A stretch of DNA of 64,000 nt from an uncultured Syntrophales bacterium (GCA_964494155.1 CAZBQX010000001.1:43286-107285); one strand, 5' to 3'. Counted from the stretch's first letter, positions 45,027 through 54,000 are shown. Numbers and translations are program-made. The notes: generated by a model from the sequence alone, not told the origin.

Positions 45027-46229
45027 TTATATCTTGATGACCAGGGCCGCGTTTTGGCCGCCGAAACCGAAATTTTCGATGATAAATGTCTTGCCCCGGA
45101 CATGGCGACCCGTATGGACAAAGTCGATCCCAGGTACACAGGGTTTCTCCAGATTCCTGATCTTGGGAAGGTATCCCATACCCTGAGCGGTTATGGCAAC
45201 AGCCAGTTCGACGGCGCCGCAGGCCGTGGATAGATGACCGATCCAGGACTTCAGGGCGATCACAGCAGGCGTCCGGCCGGGGCAAACTTCTCTGATGATC
45301 TTCGCCTCCACCTGATCGTTCAAGATCGTACCCGTACCGTGGGCAACAACGAAGTCGATTTCCTCCGGTGAGACATCTGCTTCCGCCAGGGCTTTCCAGA
45401 CAGCCTGGGCCGCCGTTTTCCCGTCAGGCGACGGCGCGGTCATGCGGTATCCGTCAATGGTATTGCCGTAACCCGAGATTTCTCCAAGAATGGATGCACC
45501 ACGATCCAGCGCATGGTTGCGCTCTTCAAGAACAAAAAACGCCCCCCCTTCCCCGGAAACAAAACCGCCACGATTCTCGTCGAAGGGACGGCTCGCCTGA
45601 TCCGGATCGCCTTCGCCTCTGAAAAGGGCCCCCGCCGTCTTGTATGCGAGGATGCCTCCGGGATAGGCCCGGGAATCACCCCCCCCGGCCAGGGCACAGT
45701 CCAGGTATCCGTCCCGGATGCGCCGGAAAGCTTCACCAATTGCCGAAAGAGCGGCGGCACAGGCTGTGCCGACCGTCAGATTTTCACCCCGGATGCCACA
45801 GGACTTGGCAATGACCGATGCCGCCGTATTGGGCAGAAACCGGAGAATCCACAGGGCATCGACTTTACTGCGCTCCATTTCACCGCCGGTGATATGGGGA
45901 AATTCGGTACCGATGTCAAGGTGAGGTCCCACCCCGACAAAAAGCCCCGCTTCGGCCAACACTTCACGTGTCAAACCAGCCCCCCGAACTGCATCCAGGG
46001 CGGCCGCCAAAGCGAAAGCGGCGCCACGGTTCAGATAACGCCGTTCCTTGAATGCCCCCGTGTAACGCCGGAGTTCAAAATCCCGAACGGGCGAAACGAC
46101 AACTTCCGGTTCGAAATCAGGCCTTTCAAAAATAACACGGCCTTCCAGAAGCGATGATCGGATCTCTTCCGGAGATTTGCCGAGGGACGAAATGACCCCC
46201 ATTGAAGTGAGAACAACGCGTCTTTTCAT
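45027..46229 (-). CDS. Beta-ketoacyl-ACP synthase, elongating Cys-His-His type
   Basis: GTACAAALSAIGEA (Cys), AHGTGT (His), GHLSTACGA (His). Confidence 0.9.
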   Translation of the reverse strand: MKRRVVLTSMGVISSLGKSPEEIRSSLLEGRVIFERPDFEPEVVVSPVRDFELRRYTGAFKERRYLNRGAAFALAAALDAVRGAGLTREVLAEAGLFVGVGPHLDIGTEFPHITGGEMERSKVDALWILRFLPNTAASVIAKSCGIRGENLTVGTACAAALSAIGEAFRRIRDGYLDCALAGGGDSRAYPGGILAYKTAGALFRGEGDPDQASRPFDENRGGFVSGEGGAFFVLEERNHALDRGASILGEISGYGNTIDGYRMTAPSPDGKTAAQAVWKALAEADVSPEEIDFVVAHGTGTILNDQVEAKIIREVCPGRTPAVIALKSWIGHLSTACGAVELAVAITAQGMGYLPKIRNLEKPCVPGIDFVHTGRHVRGKTFIIENFGFGGQNAALVIKI

Positions 46230-46874
46230 CTATTTGCAACAGTATATTTCATCGATGGTTTTTCTCTTGATGGGCTTGGCCGTCTCGGCGGGATATCCCG
46301 AGGTAATGAAACAGATCAGTTCCATATCCTCAAGGCCCAGCAATTTTTCCGCCTCTTCGAGAAAAATCAGCGGTGCCGACATGATGCAGGACCCGAGGCC
46401 GACTTCCTCGCCTTTCAGGAGATAGCTCATCACCGAAAGCCCCGCCGTCATGTGGAGGTTCATGACCCGGATGGCTTCCAGTTTGTTTCCGAACAGCTTT
46501 TCCGGTCCCACCAGCAGTTCTTTCGGGCGCACAGTGACCACCGCCATCAGAACCGGCGCATCGAACATGAAGGCCATATAGCGGTTGTAGAACTTGATGC
46601 GATTTTTCATCCATTTCGGTCGTCCTGCCTCGGCGGCTACCTGCATGAGGTGTTCCTGGACCGCGTTCATCCCCTGCCGGATCTGCTCCCGAAAATGGGG
46701 CGATTTGAGACGGATAAAACGAATGGGCTGTATGTTTGAGGGCGAGGGCGCTACGAGGGCAGCACAAACCATCCGTTCGATCATGTCATCGGCGGGAATA
46801 TCGGGTTTGTATTTCCGAATGCTGCGACGCCGGGTCACCAGTTCGTCAAAGCTCATCAACTTTTCACGCTTCAT
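46230..46874 (-). CDS. Nitroreductase-family flavoprotein
   Basis: RRSIRKYKPD...APSPSNIQP N-terminal signature of the nitroreductase fold. Confidence 0.8.
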   Translation of the reverse strand: MKREKLMSFDELVTRRRSIRKYKPDIPADDMIERMVCAALVAPSPSNIQPIRFIRLKSPHFREQIRQGMNAVQEHLMQVAAEAGRPKWMKNRIKFYNRYMAFMFDAPVLMAVVTVRPKELLVGPEKLFGNKLEAIRVMNLHMTAGLSVMSYLLKGEEVGLGSCIMSAPLIFLEEAEKLLGLEDMELICFITSGYPAETAKPIKRKTIDEIYCCK

Positions 46875-46877
46875 GGT

Positions 46878-47246
46878 TTAACCTTTGCTTCGGAAGGCGA
46901 TGTAACTGACCAGATCCTTGATCTTCAAAGCCGGCCCGGCCTCAAGATCGGCAAGAATTTCTCCGATCCGCTCCGCCGACAAGAAAGGAAAACGCGCCCC
47001 CAAGTAATCTGCCGGCGCTTCTCCCAGACGCTCCGCCTCAACCAGAAAGAGACGGAAATTCCGAAGAAAGATGTCGTCGTCTTTCACCGTGATGTGAAAA
47101 TGCTGATTGATGGAAACCGACAACTCCAACAGATCAATGGACTCTGCGCCCAGTTCCCGGACGAGGTAGGTTTCCGCTGTGATCGTCTGTCCTTCCACAT
47201 CCATAATATCCATGATAATATCGCGCAATATCTTAAGAATATCCAT
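46878..47246 (-). CDS. Acyl carrier protein-like protein with C-terminal extension
   Basis: Phosphopantetheine-site context LGAESIDLLEL. At 122 aa it is about 40 aa longer than AcpP. Confidence 0.7.
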   Translation of the reverse strand: MDILKILRDIIMDIMDVEGQTITAETYLVRELGAESIDLLELSVSINQHFHITVKDDDIFLRNFRLFLVEAERLGEAPADYLGARFPFLSAERIGEILADLEAGPALKIKDLVSYIAFRSKG

Positions 47247-47263
47247 CCATTCCCCACCTTGAA

Positions 47264-48019
47264 TTAATGTTTTATGATGCCCGTTTTTCCGGCGGACAAT
47301 CCGCCGTCCAGCGTCAGAATCGATGCGTTGATTCCGACTGCGGCCGGTGATAAAAGAAAAAGAATCGCCTCCGCCACTTCGTCCGCCTCCAGGGCTCGCT
47401 GGAGGGGAACCTGCCGGATAATTTCCGGATTCTCTTCCAGAAAGGCGCGACCGCGGCCGGCCTGGACATAACCGGCGCGCAGAATCACGCTGGTGATACC
47501 CTTTCCCGCCAATTCAAGGCCACAACTCCGGTAAAGGGCTTCGGCGGCGAGTTTCGCCGCAGCATAAACCCCCTGCCCCGGCGCGGGTCTCTCCGCGGCG
47601 GATGAGGAAACATAAATCAGCCGCCCTCGCTTCTTCCGAAGCATGCCTCTGGCCACACATTTCAATAGGATGGCCCGGGCGGCGACATTCTCCGAAAAGT
47701 AGGCCCGTATGCTATCTTCATCGGCTGCGGCGATTAGCGTTTCATAATCACCCTGGGCAAAATCGACGAGAAAATCAAAGCCGGAATACTTTGCAAAAAG
47801 CGTCTCCAGCGACAGCGGGTCGCCGAGGTCGAACCGGACAGTCTCATAACGACCGGAATAGTCCGCAAGAGCGGCATTGATCTTTCCGCACCCATCCGAA
47901 TCTCGCCAGGACAGGATGGGGAAAAATCCCTTTTCGATCAGTCCGGGAGCCAGGGCAAGGGCCAGTTCACATGTTCCGCCTAAAATCAACCCTTTAGGCC
48001 GGTCACCGGGTCCGTTCAT
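47264..48019 (-). CDS. Short-chain dehydrogenase/reductase (3-oxoacyl-ACP reductase-like)
   Basis: Catalytic SSS...YAAAK and an atypical glycine-rich loop GGTCELA. ATG at 48019 forms an ATGA overlap with the upstream hotdog gene. Confidence 0.8.
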   Translation of the reverse strand: MNGPGDRPKGLILGGTCELALALAPGLIEKGFFPILSWRDSDGCGKINAALADYSGRYETVRFDLGDPLSLETLFAKYSGFDFLVDFAQGDYETLIAAADEDSIRAYFSENVAARAILLKCVARGMLRKKRGRLIYVSSSAAERPAPGQGVYAAAKLAAEALYRSCGLELAGKGITSVILRAGYVQAGRGRAFLEENPEIIRQVPLQRALEADEVAEAILFLLSPAAVGINASILTLDGGLSAGKTGIIKH

Positions 48020-48297
48020 GTCTTCAGTTTCCCCCTGACCATCATCGCATCTCCCTGCATGAGCAAACACTCCCACCGATCGGCCCGGCGTTCCATGCGA
48101 TAAGCATAAGACCCGGGAATGACAAAGCTCCGGAATTGAAAACCCTCTATTTCACGTACGGTTCCTGCCAGATCGAGAAAAGCCTGGATGATAAGGCTTC
48201 CCGGCACAACAGGGTAACCGGGGAAATGGTCGGTATAAATCCCGTCGGATGGATCGAAGCGGATCGTGCCTTCTTTAACGATATGCGGCGTATCCAT
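48016..48297 (-). CDS. Mini hotdog-fold FabZ-like subunit that keeps the catalytic His motif but has Gln in place of the Glu
   Basis: DHFPGYPVVPGSLIIQAFLDLAG compared with FabZ [23 protein letters not shown]. Only 93 aa. Confidence 0.7.
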   Translation of the reverse strand: MDTPHIVKEGTIRFDPSDGIYTDHFPGYPVVPGSLIIQAFLDLAGTVREIEGFQFRSFVIPGSYAYRMERRADRWECLLMQGDAMMVRGKLKT

Positions 48298-48300
48298 GTT

Positions 48301-49674
48301 TCAGTTCCGCTCTGTCACCAATCGGATTGATTCATAGGTGACCCGGCACAGCAAATCCAGTTCCTCAATCGACATCGCCAGGTGAGGCATCAGGACGATG
48401 ACGTCCCCCAAGGGACGGATCATGACGCCCTGCTTCCTCGCTTCCATGATCACCTGATGACCCGTGCGATCTCCGACGGGCAGGCTTTCCCGGGTTTCCT
48501 TGTCTGCGACCAGTTCGATGCCTACCATCATTCCCCGCTGACGAATGTCGCCGACCTGCTTCAGTTCCCGGAACGCCTCCAGCCTTTCATTTAAAAAGGC
48601 GATTTTCGGCTGGAGTTTCTCGATGATCCGCTCATTTTCAAACAGCTCCAAACTGGCGATGGCCACGGCGCAGGCCAGGGGGTTGCCCGTGTAGGTATGG
48701 CCGTGGAAAAAGGTTTTGCTCTCTACAAACTCCCCCAGAAATCCCTCGAAAATCTCCTCGCTGGTCACCGTCGCCGCCAGGGGCAGATACCCCCCGGAAA
48801 TACCTTTTGCCAGGCACAGGATGTCGGGACTCACCCCTTCATGCTGGCAGGCGAACAGTTTTCCTGTACGTCCGAAGCCGACCGCCACCTCGTCTGCGAT
48901 CATGAACACCCCGTAATGGCTGCATAATTCCCGGACTCCCCGGAGAAAACCCTCAGGCTGCAGCAGCATGCCCGCCGCACCCTGGACCAGAGGTTCCAGG
49001 ACCAACGCGGCGATTTCTTCATGATGTTCGTCCAGCATCTTTTCAACAGCCAAAAGACAATCCAGTTTGCATCCGGGAAATTCCCGGCCGTAGGGGCAGC
49101 GATAGCAGTAGGGAGAGGCAACTTTATACGTTTCAAAAAGGAGGTCCCGGTACATATCATGGAACAGATCGATTCCACCCAGGCTGACCGAACCGATCGT
49201 GTCACCGTGATAGGCGTTTACAAAAGATAGAAACTTTTTTTTCGTCCGTATCCCCTTCGGTGCCTGACGATGGTACTGAAAAGCCATTTTCAAGGCGATT
49301 TCCACGGCAGTGGAGCCGCTGTCGGAATAAAATACCTTGGTGAGCCCAGGAGGCGCCACGTCAAGCAGTTTCTGCGCGAACCTTACTGCCGGCACATTTG
49401 TGATCCCCAGCATGGTCGAATGGGCGATCAGATCAGTCTGCGCCTTGAGGGCAGCGTCGAGTTCCGCCTTACCATGACCGTGGACGTTGGTCCAGAGGGA
49501 GGATATGCCGTCCAGGTAGGCGTTGCCTTCGATATCGTACAGATAGGACCCCTTTCCCTTTTCGATGATGATGGGCTTTTCCCGGCGATAAATCTGCATT
49601 TGCGTGAAAGGATGCCAGACGCATTCCAAATCCGCCTGTTCCAGGGCTCTGATTTCCTCTTCCCTGACTGCCAT
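48301..49674 (-). CDS. bioA: Adenosylmethionine-8-amino-7-oxononanoate aminotransferase
   Basis: Class III aminotransferase, ADEVAVGFGRTGKLFA PLP-lysine context, 457 aa. Confidence 0.95.
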   Translation of the reverse strand: MAVREEEIRALEQADLECVWHPFTQMQIYRREKPIIIEKGKGSYLYDIEGNAYLDGISSLWTNVHGHGKAELDAALKAQTDLIAHSTMLGITNVPAVRFAQKLLDVAPPGLTKVFYSDSGSTAVEIALKMAFQYHRQAPKGIRTKKKFLSFVNAYHGDTIGSVSLGGIDLFHDMYRDLLFETYKVASPYCYRCPYGREFPGCKLDCLLAVEKMLDEHHEEIAALVLEPLVQGAAGMLLQPEGFLRGVRELCSHYGVFMIADEVAVGFGRTGKLFACQHEGVSPDILCLAKGISGGYLPLAATVTSEEIFEGFLGEFVESKTFFHGHTYTGNPLACAVAIASLELFENERIIEKLQPKIAFLNERLEAFRELKQVGDIRQRGMMVGIELVADKETRESLPVGDRTGHQVIMEARKQGVMIRPLGDVIVLMPHLAMSIEELDLLCRVTYESIRLVTERN

Positions 49675-49770
49675 GTTCGACTCCTTTATATAAAATCTGA
49701 ATTTTGTGATGAAAAACCAGCCATGTTAATACTTATGCCGTTGAACTCCTTGAGGAAATAACTGGGCGGA

Positions 49771-50763
49771 CTATTGATACAGGACGTCTCCCGCCACAAT
49801 CCGCTGCAGCGCTCCCGTAGGTAAGCGAAGGACCAGAAATCCATCCTGATCGATGTCCACAACCTCACCCTCATAGGCGTGGTCCAGGTTCTCGATTTTC
49901 ACGCGACGCCCGATGATTCCGGAGAGTTCCTTCCAACGGTTACGAATGACTTCAAACTGCCGCCCCTGGAATAGGGCGTAGTAATCTTCCAGCTTCTTCA
50001 GAAAATGCTGCAGGATCTCGAGCCGGGAAAAGGTTTTCCCCGTGAGTATTTTCAGCGAGGTGGCGATCTCATGGATTTCTTCCGCCATCGCCTCCTCCGA
50101 AGTGTTGACGTTCACCCCCAGACCGACTACGACGTAATCGACCCGATCCATCTCCATCGCCATTTCCGTCAGGATGCCCGAGATCTTCTTGCCCTGGATC
50201 AGGATGTCGTTGGGCCACTTGATTGTAAACGGCAAATCGACGAACCCCAGTAGCGTCTCCACCATCGCCACCGCCGTGAGCAGGGTCAGTTGCGGCGCCT
50301 CGTGAGGCTGGACAAGAGGGCGTAAAATGATGGACATGTAAATGCCGCAAGCTGGGGGAGAAAACCAGGTTCGGCCCCGGCGTCCCCGGCCCTGAGTCTG
50401 GGTTTCAGCCACGACCAAGGTACCTTCGGGTGCACCTTCGTGGGCAAGCATCCGGGCCCGGACATTCGTCGAATCCGTTTCACGGTAATATTCGATATTT
50501 TTCCTGGCAAAGCGGATCGTCTTCAAGCCTTCACGAATCTCCGCCGGCAAAAGTCGATCCGGAATCGCCTTCAGAGTGTACCCCCGGTTGGTTGACGATT
50601 CGATCTGATATCCCTCTTCCTGCAGGGCTTTAATATGTTTCCAGATAGCGGTGCGGGAAATCGCCAGAGCGGACGCCAATGTCTCACCGGAAATCCAAAC
50701 ACCGTCGGAATGTTTGAGATATTTTAACAGTTCATCTTTGGTTGACATGGAGGGCTCATACAC
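49771..50763 (-). CDS. birA: Bifunctional biotin-protein ligase / bio operon repressor
   Basis: N-terminal wHTH (ISGETLASALAISRTAIWKHIKALQEEGY) and biotin-binding loop GRGRRGRTW. The start is either the GTG at 50763 or the ATG at 50748. Confidence 0.9.
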   Translation of the reverse strand: MYEPSMSTKDELLKYLKHSDGVWISGETLASALAISRTAIWKHIKALQEEGYQIESSTNRGYTLKAIPDRLLPAEIREGLKTIRFARKNIEYYRETDSTNVRARMLAHEGAPEGTLVVAETQTQGRGRRGRTWFSPPACGIYMSIILRPLVQPHEAPQLTLLTAVAMVETLLGFVDLPFTIKWPNDILIQGKKISGILTEMAMEMDRVDYVVVGLGVNVNTSEEAMAEEIHEIATSLKILTGKTFSRLEILQHFLKKLEDYYALFQGRQFEVIRNRWKELSGIIGRRVKIENLDHAYEGEVVDIDQDGFLVLRLPTGALQRIVAGDVLYQ

Positions 50764-50775
50764 CGCAGACGATCA

Positions 50776-50809
50776 ATTGTCAACTTGTTTTGCAAATCAG
50801 GTTGACGAT
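50776..50809. promoter_or_regulatory. Candidate BirA operator in the birA/bioB divergent region
   Basis: Inverted repeat ATTGTCAAC-N16-GTTGACGAT (8 of 9 positions symmetric). Half-sites and spacing resemble known BirA boxes (TGTnAAC-N14-16-GTTnACA). Confidence 0.7.
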
Positions 50810-50881
50810 GTCTATGATTTTTGATAAAGGACTTTCCTGTCTACGCAAAAAGCTGAAAATTAAAGCAAGGATTGATATGTC

Positions 50882-51877
50882 ATGTTCAATAAGCAAATCG
50901 CCCGCCTGGCGGAAAGAATAATCGATGAAGGCTATCTACCCCCATACCAAGAGGCCTGTGCACTCGCCCGCCTTCCGGAAAGGTACACCCTAGATCTTCT
51001 CACATTTGCCCAGAAAATTACCCAAAATTTCAAGGGAAACCGGATCACGCTGTGCGCCATCCTTAACGCTAAGTCGGGATTCTGCACCGAAGACTGCGCC
51101 TTTTGCGCCCAGTCCTCCCATCATCAGACCGGCATTGCCACTTACGATCTGAAAGCGGAAGATTTCATGGTGGCCGATGCGATCGGCCGTCGAAAAGCCG
51201 GTGCAACCCGATTTTCCATGGTGACCAGCGGCTTGTTGCTCACGGAGGAGGAAATTGCCACGGTCTGTCGGTCAGCACAGCGGATCACACATGACACGGA
51301 CATCACCGTCTGCGGATCCCTTGGCACCCTTACGCCGGATCGGGCACGGGCACTTAAGCAAAGCGGCGTGACCGTCTACCACCACAACCTGGAAACGGCC
51401 CGCAGCTTTTTCGATCAGATCTGCACCACCCACGAATACGATGATGATGTGAACACCTTGAAACTCGTGAAAGCAGAGGGTTTTCGGGTCTGCTCCGGCG
51501 GCATTCTGGGCCTCGGCGAATCTTGGGAACAGCGGGTTGAACTGGCATGTACCCTGCGGGACCTCGGCGTAGACGGCATCCCCTTGAACTTCCTGAATCC
51601 CGTAGCCGGTACACGGATGGAAAACCGGCCCCTGATGGCGCCCATGGAGGCCCTGAAGAGTATCGCCCTGTTCAGGTTCATCAATCCGGAGCGGGACATC
51701 TTCATCTGCGGCGGCCGGGAGGTGACCCTGAAAGATTTTCAGTCCTGGATCTTCCTGGCCGGTGCGAACGGCCTCATGGTGGGAAATTATCTGACCACCC
51801 AGGGGCGCAGTGCGGAAATGGACATGGAGATGATCCGGGAACTGGGACTGGTGCCGACCCTGCTCGGGCAGGAATAA
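50882..51877 (+). CDS. bioB: Biotin synthase
   Basis: Radical SAM CTEDCAFC motif, 331 aa. Confidence 0.95.
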   Translation: MFNKQIARLAERIIDEGYLPPYQEACALARLPERYTLDLLTFAQKITQNFKGNRITLCAILNAKSGFCTEDCAFCAQSSHHQTGIATYDLKAEDFMVADAIGRRKAGATRFSMVTSGLLLTEEEIATVCRSAQRITHDTDITVCGSLGTLTPDRARALKQSGVTVYHHNLETARSFFDQICTTHEYDDDVNTLKLVKAEGFRVCSGGILGLGESWEQRVELACTLRDLGVDGIPLNFLNPVAGTRMENRPLMAPMEALKSIALFRFINPERDIFICGGREVTLKDFQSWIFLAGANGLMVGNYLTTQGRSAEMDMEMIRELGLVPTLLGQE

Positions 51878-51887
51878 GAAGGAATGA

Positions 51888-51927
51888 GGCCGGTCCGTCC
51901 GGCAATTCCGGTTTTACGGACCAGGCC
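51888..51927. terminator. Hairpin between convergent bioB and skp-like genes
   Basis: GGCCGGTCCGT ... ACGGACC(A)GGCC, an 11-bp stem with one bulge. The flanking T-tracts are weak. Confidence 0.45.
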
Positions 51928-52046
51928 ACTGAAAACAACACATCAGATGCCGGAATCGGGACGTATTTTGGGTCGTCCCGATTCCGAACATATTCCGAAG
52001 CATGCCGGCGATTGCATTTCCGGGCATTTTTTCGGAGGTCTTTCCA

Positions 52047-52580
52047 TTATTTCTTTTTGCCCTTGTATTTTGCGTCGTATCTCATGATCACTTCCTGGGT
52101 AAGATCGTTTTCGGGCGGAAAGACGATAATGCCGCTTTGTCCCTTGTCGAAGATATAGGTCAAATGTTTTGCCGTCTTCAGATCGTTGCAGATGAGATAC
52201 ACATCTTCCAAAATGCCGTGGGTCAGTTCCCGGTCTCTTTTCCTTACGGCCGCCTCGTTCTCCGCAAGCAGCTTATTGTATTCCTGTACGGCATCCTGAT
52301 AATCTTTCTGCAATTTCGCCAATCCGGCGTCCTTAGCGTTCAATGCTGCTTTCTGACTGATTTGACTCTTTAGCGTCTGAATATTTTTTTCTTTGGCCGC
52401 CATATTTCTGTTCTTGAGTTCCTTGAATGCCGCCAGGTCGTTCATCGACGCAGCTCCGGCAGAAGATTGCTGAATGATCTGATTCACATCCACAAACCCG
52501 ATCCGGGATTCTGCCAGGGCAATGCCGGTGAAGCACAGGCAAACGACACACAGGGTCACCGCTGTATACAATCTGTTCAT
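52047..52580 (-). CDS. Skp/OmpH-family periplasmic chaperone
   Basis: Signal peptide, then a long K/E/Q/A-rich helical region typical of OmpH. RBS GGGAGGTGG. Lies 23 nt after the barrel gene. Confidence 0.7.
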   Translation of the reverse strand: MNRLYTAVTLCVVCLCFTGIALAESRIGFVDVNQIIQQSSAGAASMNDLAAFKELKNRNMAAKEKNIQTLKSQISQKAALNAKDAGLAKLQKDYQDAVQEYNKLLAENEAAVRKRDRELTHGILEDVYLICNDLKTAKHLTYIFDKGQSGIIVFPPENDLTQEVIMRYDAKYKGKKK

Positions 52581-52603
52581 CGTCCCACCTCCCTTGGTAA
52601 ACC

Positions 52604-53686
52604 CTAGAAACGGATCGGTAAGCGGATTTCTACGGTCGTATCCGCCGCATCGTTGGTCAGTCCGATACCGATGGATACGCTGCAGGAAACCCGATCCGTA
52701 ATGGCATAGTTGACACCGAAATTCATTGACGCAACATTGAAATCCGTATCCGCCAGATCATCCCCATTCTGCTCGGTTTTGAAATAATAGCGCTGCTGAT
52801 AGCTGAGACTCGTGGAAAGCTTTTCATTGAGAGCATAGGCCATTCCCAGGCTGACTTCAATACTGTCACCCGGTTTCACATCGCCGTAACCGCTGCCGAC
52901 ATCCCTTTCAAAATTGTAGTAATAGGCCAAGGTCCCGAACAAAACCGCCGGATCGCTCGTCTTGGCCAAGGTCACTCCCGCGGAAAGTCCATAATGGCCG
53001 CTGCCGGTGGGCAATTCTTTCAATCGTGTCCCGCCATCTGCACCCAGATATTCCGTATCCAAATCATAGGGATCCTTGCCCGTTCGCGACTTGCCCTTGA
53101 GATTGATCACCACGTCGGGAATGTTTTCTCTTTCCTGGACCAGATGATAATAAATTCCGGCTTCGATGTCGCCGATATCGCTGTCCCGGACCGTATACTC
53201 GTTTGTTTCGTTGTTGCTTTCGTATGCCTGCCGGTCCCGGCGGAAGAGATAGGGCACCTTCAGTTCGAACTGCAGATTATCCGTTACACCGTAACGGAGG
53301 TTGATGAAGGGCATGATGACGTCTTTTTTGACGTCTTCCGATAAAATCTTCCCCAGTACAATGGCCTGGAGGATTGTAAAACCGTTAATCGCCAAACGCG
53401 CCCTGGAAGTATGGGAATACTGCACGCCGGGTTCGATGATCAACTTCCGCTTTTCAACCAGGACACCGCCTTTTTCCACATCAATCGTCTCCTGCCTGGC
53501 TGTCGGCGTTTTGGCTTTTTCCACGGTTTCCTGCGTTGCCGTCGGCGTTTGGGCTGTTTCGTCCGCTTCCTGCGTTGCCGTAGGTGTTTGGGCTGTTTCA
53601 TCCTCCTCGCCATACGCAACGGTAACCGCCATACACACTACAAGAAATGAAATTGCCAGTTTTCTTCCCAGATTCATGAGCCTCAT
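52604..53686 (-). CDS. Outer-membrane beta-barrel protein, candidate FapF-type amyloid secretion channel
   Basis: Signal peptide, an acidic T/P/Q repeat linker, alternating beta-strand pattern, and a terminal aromatic residue (IRLPIRF). The assignment to FapF rests on position and architecture only. Confidence 0.6.
   Translation of the reverse strand: MRLMNLGRKLAISFLVVCMAVTVAYGEEDETAQTPTATQEADETAQTPTATQETVEKAKTPTARQETIDVEKGGVLVEKRKLIIEPGVQYSHTSRARLAINGFTILQAIVLGKILSEDVKKDVIMPFINLRYGVTDNLQFELKVPYLFRRDRQAYESNNETNEYTVRDSDIGDIEAGIYYHLVQERENIPDVVINLKGKSRTGKDPYDLDTEYLGADGGTRLKELPTGSGHYGLSAGVTLAKTSDPAVLFGTLAYYYNFERDVGSGYGDVKPGDSIEVSLGMAYALNEKLSTSLSYQQRYYFKTEQNGDDLADTDFNVASMNFGVNYAITDRVSCSVSIGIGLTNDAADTTVEIRLPIRF
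53489..53605 (-). repeat. Three tandem 39-bp units encoding a 13-aa repeat (ETAQTPTATQEAD x2 plus a degenerate EKAKTPTARQETI)
   Basis: Units 2 and 3 (53528-53566 and 53567-53605) differ at about 5 of 39 positions. The first unit is more diverged. Confidence 0.8.
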
Positions 53687-53969
53687 TTTCGTTTCCTCCC
53701 TATGTAATTTGTTTGCTGTAAATTACGGCCGCAATCGGCCCCCTTCACACGATCCAAACGCACAGGAAAAACCGCATCAATGAACAAAGAGCATCATCTG
53801 AAAAAAAACGGTCTCTTGAAAAAGAACAATGACTTGTACTTTTTGTACAAAACCCGCTCTTTAAAAAAGAAAAGATCAGACAGTCACCCGTCCATCGTTA
53901 TTTTATGATATATAACTGTAATTACTGTACAATTTGAAACGCCGGACACAGGGCGTCAAAACGCAAGAA

Positions 53970-54000
53970 TGCTTCACCCCTTTTTGAAAAAGGGATGAAG
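53970..54000 (-). terminator. Hairpin terminator/attenuator after the fapE-like gene
   Basis: On the minus strand, GCTTCATCCCTTTTT-C-AAAAAGGGGTGAAGC (one U-G pair) is followed by ATTCTTGCGTTTTG. Confidence 0.6.

Noticed and set aside
45016-45285. N-terminal 90-aa extension of the hotdog ORF (tracked as 44563-45285)
   Set aside because: The extension overlaps the 3' end of the ketosynthase gene in another frame and is R/C/G-rich nonsense. The homologous FabZ-like region starts after the Met at 45015.
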